Assembly (NCBI RefSeq): GCF_000014785.1
Contig: NC_008340.1
Span: 930,001-962,000 of the forward strand
Reading direction: 5' to 3'
Origin: Alkalilimnicola ehrlichii MLHE-1
GTDB lineage: Bacteria; Pseudomonadota; Gammaproteobacteria; Nitrococcales; Halorhodospiraceae
DNA length: 32,000 nucleotides
In this document: piece after piece, positions 26,390-32,000 of the stretch
Layout: each line of letters begins with the position of its first letter
Numbering within the stretch: the stretch's first letter is position 1
Notes under the pieces: model-generated
The model's input: the letters and a program-made list of their open reading frames with translations, nothing else
The model's database searches: none
Told to the model about the DNA's origin: nothing
Position numbers and translations under genes: made by a program

Positions 26390-28446
26390 TGTCGTTGAAC
26401 CTGGCGCCTCACATTGCCAATGCAGGCGACGCCCATATGCCTGAGTGGCCGGGCGAAGCCGGTGACGCCGAGCGTAACGACCTGGAGTCGCCCGCCGAGC
26501 TCTATTCGCAGCATCGCGAAGCCATAGAGCAGGTCACTGCCCGTTCAGGCGGCCACACGGGCTTCATTGGCGGGGCGCTGGCGCCCAACGGCATCGTCGA
26601 CGTGATCCGCCGGCAGGCGATGGAAGACTTCCTGGCCTATGCCACCCCGATGCAGGCGCAGTGGCAGAGCGAGTATCACCGTATCGGGGCCGACCTGGCC
26701 GCCATACTGCCCACCTGGCACACCCAGGCCCTGCTGCTCGACCGCGAAGAGGAGCATCACATCCTGCTGACCTGCCTGCTGGAAAAGCAGGCCGTCGAGA
26801 CCCTGCTGGCCTGCGGGCAGGAGGACTTCCTGTCGAGCTACTACGCCGGCGACGACCCGGTACCGGCACACCTGATGCATTACGTCCCCACCGCGTCCTT
26901 CGTGGAGGGATTCCTTTCCCAAAACACTGGCCTCCAGAAAGCGCTCACCCAGGCGTCCGCACTGATGGGCGCCCAGGGCGCACTCAGCCGCTACCAGCAG
27001 TGGCGGGGCGAGGTTGAACATCAGACCGGGCTGCGCTTTCGCAGCGTCGAGGGCCTCTCCGACGAAGCCCGAACCGCCATCGCGGGCGAAGTGCAAATCA
27101 AGGAGAAGCTGCTGGGGCAGGCGGTGCTCGGGACGTTGCTCGATGACGTACAGGATGTCGACCTGGGGCAGCGCATCACTACCCTGGCTTCGCGCTTGCC
27201 CGATGGGCAACGGCTGATGTTCGCGGAACGGCTGGGCCTGCTGGAGCTGGGCTGGGACATTCCCGATCAATCGGTACTGGGCCGCATCCAGCAGGCGCTG
27301 GACGACACCGATACGGCCATGACCCGGCTGACCGCGCTGGAGCGGGAGCTCGAGCAACTCCGGCGGAAACGCCAGCAGGAGATGGCGCGCGCGTCAAGGC
27401 GCGGTACCCGCCAGGCCCACCGCCGGGCGGCCGACCAATTCAACGCGCGCAAGATCCGGGAGGCCCAGGCAGACATCAACCGGCACAAGCGCCTGCTGGG
27501 CGAGGCATTCGACGCCCTGGCCGAGACCCGTGCGGCCGCCGGCAGCCCGGCGCAACTGGAGCGCTGGGCCAGGGTAGCCAATGGGGCGATGGGGGCCGTG
27601 GCCCTATTGGGTGGCCTTTCAGGTGCTCTCGAGGTTTTCAAGCAATCTCGGCGTATCGACCGCGCAGACACCGACGCCGAGCGACTGGCCTCACAGGTTG
27701 CCTTTACGGGCGCGGCCGGAGTCGCCCTGGGTGGCCTATCAATCGGCATCATGAGTATGGTCGGTCGAACCCTGGGCAAGCCGGCCGTCGCCTGGCGACT
27801 GCTGCTGCTCAAATTCGCCGGCCCCGCCGGCTGGGTGGTGGCGGTTGGCACCGCCCTGCTGATCATCGGCGAGGTGCTGGCCAATCGCTTCTCGTTGAGC
27901 CCTGTGCAGCGCTGGTGCCAGCGCAGTCACTGGGGGCGAGAAGATCAGGGCTGGGATCGCGAGGCCCACGAGCGGGAACTGGCCCGACTTGGCGATACCG
28001 ATCTCACGGTGGAACGGCAGGGGCAGGCCGAGCCCCATGGCGGCCCGGGGCCCGGGCCGGCAGGCACCGACCTCGCCATACGCATTGGCTTGCCCGGGCT
28101 TGACGCCCCCAATGCGGAAAACCTCGCGCTGGGCCTCTGGGGCGTCACCCCTCGCCTCAAGGAAATGACCCGAGACTTTCTCGAACATGCCGAGCTCGAA
28201 ACCCGGGGCTCGAGCTATGCCCTGCACTACCATTTCGATCCCGAAACATTGGCCGAATGCCACGAGTTCCGCCTCGTCATCCGCACGAAGGGCCCCGAAG
28301 CATCCACCACCCGGGTCTTCCAGTTGCATCGCCGCGGCACATCGCTCTCCGATGAGTGGAGGGAGATCTCCGCCCTCGGCGATCGTTTCCTCACGCGGTA
28401 CCAAGTGGGCAACTGGCCGGACATGCCCCTGACGCCCTGGCCGTGA
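26389..28446 (+). CDS. Paralog of the VasX-like effector lacking the N-terminal loading domain (putative second toxin)
   Basis: 685 aa. The ATG shares one base with the preceding TGA (TGATG at 26387-26391). Three hydrophobic helices lie at residues ~396-500 (GAMGAVALLGGLSGALEVF; VAFTGAAGVALGGLSIGIMSMVG; GPAGWVVAVGTALLIIGEVLA). They are followed by NRFSLSPVQRWCQRSHWGREDQGWDREAHERELARL. This aligns by eye with RFTRDNELEHWLRRTRFGTHPADWAGDLDEELGHL, which follows the last helix of the 868-aa effector. There is no PVRYA-type N-terminus. Confidence 0.55.
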   Translation: MSLNLAPHIANAGDAHMPEWPGEAGDAERNDLESPAELYSQHREAIEQVTARSGGHTGFIGGALAPNGIVDVIRRQAMEDFLAYATPMQAQWQSEYHRIGADLAAILPTWHTQALLLDREEEHHILLTCLLEKQAVETLLACGQEDFLSSYYAGDDPVPAHLMHYVPTASFVEGFLSQNTGLQKALTQASALMGAQGALSRYQQWRGEVEHQTGLRFRSVEGLSDEARTAIAGEVQIKEKLLGQAVLGTLLDDVQDVDLGQRITTLASRLPDGQRLMFAERLGLLELGWDIPDQSVLGRIQQALDDTDTAMTRLTALERELEQLRRKRQQEMARASRRGTRQAHRRAADQFNARKIREAQADINRHKRLLGEAFDALAETRAAAGSPAQLERWARVANGAMGAVALLGGLSGALEVFKQSRRIDRADTDAERLASQVAFTGAAGVALGGLSIGIMSMVGRTLGKPAVAWRLLLLKFAGPAGWVVAVGTALLIIGEVLANRFSLSPVQRWCQRSHWGREDQGWDREAHERELARLGDTDLTVERQGQAEPHGGPGPGPAGTDLAIRIGLPGLDAPNAENLALGLWGVTPRLKEMTRDFLEHAELETRGSSYALHYHFDPETLAECHEFRLVIRTKGPEASTTRVFQLHRRGTSLSDEWREISALGDRFLTRYQVGNWPDMPLTPWP

Positions 28447-28466
28447 CAACAAGGGACAGGACCTCC

Positions 28467-29801
28467 ATGCCCAGATCAACCATCGACGATACGTTACCCC
28501 CTATGCGCGCCGGCGAGCGCGAAAGCCGCGCCGGCGGCGAGCAGTACTGCCTGAGCCCTCTGCCCCTGCCCATCGACAGCGAACACGGCGTGGACGTGGC
28601 TCACATCGACGTGCGCCACGACGAGGTCACGATGGACCTGCGCCAGGGCGCCACCCCCGAGAGTCTCCTGGTTACGGGGCATATTGCCAGTGGGCTCATG
28701 ACTTTTTTGGCAGGACTGGCCCTCGTTTTCTTGCTGAGTGCCGTGTACAAGGGATCCCTTCCCTTCGAACTGGTAGTAGCAGGAGTGGGGGTTACTTACG
28801 GAATTGCGCTGTTTCCCTTCTTCATCGGCATTCTCTATCCCGATGTCATACTGAGGCGCATCCCACCCATTCGCCTGCATCGCCAACGCCGCGAGGTGGC
28901 CTTCGTGGTGGAGAGCCGGGGACAGAGCATTTGGTTACCCGACCCAACTAACATGTGGTTGGCGTCCACGGCCGGCACCATTGCCATGCTCACCGGATTT
29001 TTTGCAATATGGGATTCTGTGGAGTTTTTCCGCCCTGACGTTGAGGCGGCATTTCCTCTCATGATGCTGCTCCTGCATATCGCCTCCCTGGCCTTCCTGC
29101 CTCTCTATCCCTATTTCCATGACTTCTGCCGCAAGCTCGTCGGCCAACAACGCCAGACGGTGCTGGTCCCCTGGGAGGACGTGGTCGCCCTGGCGGTCTT
29201 CAACCCAAACCTCAGCGCCGGGGCGGTCACCGGCTTCGGCTGGAACTTCGCTCTGATGCCGCCCGATCCGGAACGACCCGGCTATACCCTGCCCGGGGCC
29301 GGCATCATCGTCGGGGTCGGCGGCCTCCCGGGCGCGCTGGCCCAGTGGGAGTACATCCGCCGCTTCATGGAGGAGGGGCCCGAGGCCATCACCTCTTCCG
29401 CCCGGGAGTGGGGCCTCGAGTGGTACGACGCCTACGTGGCCCGGGAAAAGGCCGAGTGCGAACGCACCCACGACAAGGCCCGCTGGCGGCGCTTTCGGCG
29501 CGAGCAGTGGTGGAATCATGCACGCTTCGCCCACTGGTACACCGAGTACCGCATGAAGCATGTGCTGCCCAAGGCGGTGCCCAAGGGCTGGCTGGCGGGG
29601 TGGTCCAGGCCCCTTCCCCGGGACCAGTGGGCCCGACCTTCGCGCGAACTCACTGAACTCGGCGAACAGCTACGCGCGGCCTACCAGCGCGGCGAGAAGT
29701 TCATCAAGATGGGCAATATCGAGAAACGCTTTGGGGTCGAGGTAGAGCCCTCCCCAGGTACGGCTTATCGCACACTGCCATTTGCGGCCAGCGCGGCCTG
29801 A
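28467..29801 (+). CDS. Four-TM membrane protein, paralog of the 25373-26389 product (putative second immunity protein)
   Basis: 444 aa from the ATG at 28467, 20 nt after the upstream stop. The track start at 28356 would overlap by 91 nt. Shared blocks with the 338-aa protein are IRLHRQRREVAFV vs LRFNRRTREVYF, VPWEDVVAL vs TPWDEAVAWL, and LAQWEYIRRFMEEGPEA vs AMLWEYLRCYMENGPWF. Two extra TM helices are inserted between the first two blocks. Confidence 0.55.
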   Translation: MPRSTIDDTLPPMRAGERESRAGGEQYCLSPLPLPIDSEHGVDVAHIDVRHDEVTMDLRQGATPESLLVTGHIASGLMTFLAGLALVFLLSAVYKGSLPFELVVAGVGVTYGIALFPFFIGILYPDVILRRIPPIRLHRQRREVAFVVESRGQSIWLPDPTNMWLASTAGTIAMLTGFFAIWDSVEFFRPDVEAAFPLMMLLLHIASLAFLPLYPYFHDFCRKLVGQQRQTVLVPWEDVVALAVFNPNLSAGAVTGFGWNFALMPPDPERPGYTLPGAGIIVGVGGLPGALAQWEYIRRFMEEGPEAITSSAREWGLEWYDAYVAREKAECERTHDKARWRRFRREQWWNHARFAHWYTEYRMKHVLPKAVPKGWLAGWSRPLPRDQWARPSRELTELGEQLRAAYQRGEKFIKMGNIEKRFGVEVEPSPGTAYRTLPFAASAA

Positions 29802-29804
29802 GCC

Positions 29805-30105
29805 GGCGCCATGAGCCAGACACCAACCGTTACGCTGCTCCAGGCTGCCCAGCCCAGAGCGGGCCTGTAAAAGGTATGCGGCGGCAAAGGAGTAAGGCCA
29901 TGGACCAAGGCGCCATGGCCGTCCTGCATGGCACGGCCTACTCGACATCGGTGGGGCGGAGGCGCCCGACGGCCCCGTCTACCGATTCATCTACCACGAC
30001 ACCCGGGACGGCGACCGGCTGAGCTCCCTTACCGGCACCCTGTACTATCGCCCGTTCCCCGATCTCACCCTGCCCCCCATCCGGATCAACTAGCCATGCA
30101 GCACC
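29805..30105 (+). pseudogene. Composite remnant: vgrG 3' end + DUF4123 5' end + effector 3' end + first codons of the immunity-like gene
   Basis: 29941-30105 matches 25218-25382 with about 6 mismatches in 165 nt (my by-eye alignment). That segment encodes the last 50 effector codons, the TAG, and CCATGCAGCACC. 29838-29940 matches the 22178-22372 junction (vgrG tail, stop, adaptor start) at lower identity. It has a premature TAA where the vgrG tail has Cys (GL*KVCGGKG vs GLCEVCSGKGE), a ~26-codon deletion in the adaptor, and an out-of-frame adaptor/effector fusion. Confidence 0.8.
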
Positions 30106-30791
30106 GGCGTCGGCGCGACCTGGGCATCGAACTGATGCTCGATGCCCCCGAGGGCTTCACCAGCGACTTCACGGGGCCGGCCGCCGAAATGACGGCATCG
30201 TCGCGGTACCCCTGCCGGACCCGCATGAGCGCCGAGCAGGACAGCGTCTTCCGGCGCGCGGCGGGGCATGCGCTGGTGTTTGTCCTGCCCGTGGGGCACC
30301 CCGAAGCTCCCACGTCGCCCAGCTCCGTCTGGTCAAGACCGCAGAGCGGGTGAGGGTAGTGGTCGACGGGCCGGCCATCTCTCGCGTGCTGGTGGGCTTG
30401 GCGATTTACAATTTGGCCGGTGAACTCGCAGGGTTACTTCACGTTGACCCAGACGAAGAGATTAGTTTGCAGGAGGCGAGGCTTGGTAGTGCAGGCCTCG
30501 ATCTGGTTGCGGCGTCCTGTTCCTGTCCATATCGACTCCCATCAGAGGGTGGTGGAGGATGCCGAACTGGTCCAGCACGAGGGTCGGCAGGACCGCGAGT
30601 TTTACAAGTCGGATGACTGGTGGTGGAACCACAAGCGGATCAGCTGCCTGAAGAGCCAGCTAGGGCTCTCAGTGGTATTGATAGGCTTCCCACCCAATCA
30701 ACTACCCCTGGCGCCAACTATGCTGCCAGTTGACCCCACAGATCGGCTGAATCGACATGGGCGCCTACCGGGAACAGCAGGCCCGGCAGAA

Positions 30792-30820
30792 TTGACGCCC
30801 CCCGGCGGGGCAGGTAGAAT
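30792..30820 (+). promoter_or_regulatory. Candidate sigma70 promoter of rplU-rpmA
   Basis: TTGACG (30792-30797), exactly 17 nt spacer, TAGAAT (30815-30820). This is near-consensus and lies about 125 nt upstream of the rplU ATG. Confidence 0.55.
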
Positions 30821-30946
30821 CCGCGCTCTTGAATCCGCTGCAGGTCGCGGCCCGGGTGTCCAGCCGGGAGAAGGCGGCCGGTCACCCGGTATCAGCGGAG
30901 TGGCAAGCGAACACCAGCCAACAGATTCACTAACGGAGAACGGGTC

Positions 30947-31261
30947 ATGTACGCCGTTATCAAGACCGGAGGCAAGCAGTACAAGGTCTCCGAGGGAGAC
31001 GTCCTGCGCGTCGAGAAGCTCGCCGGTGAGGCGGGCGCTTCCGTGGAGTTCGACCAGGTTCTGATGGTCGGCGAGGGCGACGACGTCAAGGTCGGCGCGC
31101 CCACCGTGGAGGGCGGCAAGGTGACCGCCGAGGTGCTGGGTCAGGGCCGTGCCCGCAAGATCGAGATCCAGAAGTTCAAGCGCCGCAAGCAGTATCGCCG
31201 CTTCGCCGGTCATCGGCAGCAGTTCACCGAGGTCAAGATCACCGGCATCTCCGCCGGCTGA
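30947..31261 (+). CDS. rplU: 50S ribosomal protein L21
   Basis: 104 aa, [25 protein letters not shown]...[13 protein letters not shown]. This is canonical L21. GGAG SD upstream. Confidence 0.95.
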   Translation: MYAVIKTGGKQYKVSEGDVLRVEKLAGEAGASVEFDQVLMVGEGDDVKVGAPTVEGGKVTAEVLGQGRARKIEIQKFKRRKQYRRFAGHRQQFTEVKITGISAG

Positions 31262-31280
31262 TTCGGGAGGTTCAGCACTC

Positions 31281-31541
31281 ATGGCACACAAGAAGGCAGG
31301 CGGCAGCACTCGTAACGGCCGCGATTCAGAGAGTAAGCGTCTTGGCGTGAAGCGCTTTGGCGGTCAGAACGTGCTGGCCGGCAACATCCTGGTGCGCCAG
31401 CGTGGCACGCACTTCCACGCCGGTGAGAACGTCGGTCTGGGCAAGGACCACACCCTGTTCGCGAAGGCGGACGGTCAGGTGGTCTTCGAGCGCAAGGGCC
31501 CGCGCAACCGCCGCTACGTCAGCGTGCGCACCGTGCAGTAA
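31281..31541 (+). CDS. rpmA: 50S ribosomal protein L27
   Basis: The ATG at 31281 gives 86 aa, [52 protein letters not shown]... This is canonical L27. GGGAGG SD. The track ORF start at 31149 is an out-of-context upstream extension overlapping rplU. Confidence 0.95.
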   Translation: MAHKKAGGSTRNGRDSESKRLGVKRFGGQNVLAGNILVRQRGTHFHAGENVGLGKDHTLFAKADGQVVFERKGPRNRRYVSVRTVQ

Positions 31542-31582
31542 ACACCACGCCCGGGCCATCCCGGCCTGCGTGAGTTTCCGGA

Positions 31583-31615
31583 AAGCCTCGTGTGTGCGCA
31601 CGGGGCTTTTCTTGT
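31583..31615 (+). terminator. Hairpin plus T-tract between rpmA and obg (terminator/attenuator)
   Basis: AAGCCTCGTG-TGTGCG-CACGGGGCTT forms a 10-bp stem (one G-U) with a 6-nt loop, followed by TTCTTGT. Confidence 0.55.
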
Positions 31616-31630
31616 ATGCGGAAGGGCTAA

Positions 31631-32000
<370 letters not shown>

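Noticed and set aside
29928-30353. 141-aa ORF on the + strand, including the MQHRRRRDLG... continuation after the scar
   Set aside because: Its first third reads the effector remnant in the wrong frame. The rest is Arg/Pro/Ser-rich with no TM helices and no similarity to the intact 338-aa protein beyond the first four codons. I treat it as non-coding decay.
30420-31309. ORFs at 30420-31064 (+) and 30698-31309 (-) overlapping the rplU promoter and rplU
   Set aside because: They overlap a canonical ribosomal protein gene and its near-consensus promoter, and they have no SD or domain signature. Only the 30480-30680 part is kept, as a weak transposase-remnant hint in the findings.

Overview
High-GC proteobacterial chromosomal window. 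The gene content looks gammaproteobacterial (Pseudomonas-type dcd, ispB, rplU-rpmA-obg). I can support 24 protein-coding genes (two cut by the window edges), one tRNA-Pro(CGG), four rho-independent terminators, three sigma70-like promoters and one composite pseudogene scar. No CRISPR array, rRNA or intact mobile element was seen. Housekeeping and ordinary content: a CBS-domain gene plus mgtE, dcd, an arsC-family gene, an SbcCD-like metallophosphoesterase/coiled-coil ATPase pair, a 1-Cys peroxiredoxin, an MBL-fold hydrolase, a QueD-family gene, a PAS-PAS-GGDEF-EAL sensor, ispB, a universal stress protein, a BCCT transporter, and a DnaQ-like exonuclease paired with a cNMP/CBS/DUF294 nucleotidyltransferase. 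The accessory part is a roughly 10 kb auxiliary type VI secretion island (about 20085-30105) lying between ispB and the rplU operon, two loci that are normally adjacent and divergent. The island reads vgrG, DUF4123 adaptor, VasX-like membrane-active effector (868 aa), 2-TM protein, a 685-aa paralog of the effector that lacks the N-terminal loading domain, and a 4-TM paralog of the 2-TM protein. It ends in a ~300 bp scar that stitches together diverged copies of the vgrG 3' end, the adaptor 5' end, the effector 3' end and the first codons of the immunity-like gene. That scar looks like a fossil of cassette replacement. The doubled toxin/immunity layout and the loader-less toxin paralog are the most interesting candidates for an undescribed system. 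All homology statements are by-eye motif recognition and need HMM or BLAST confirmation. Many long antisense ORFs in the supplied track are high-GC artefacts and were rejected.
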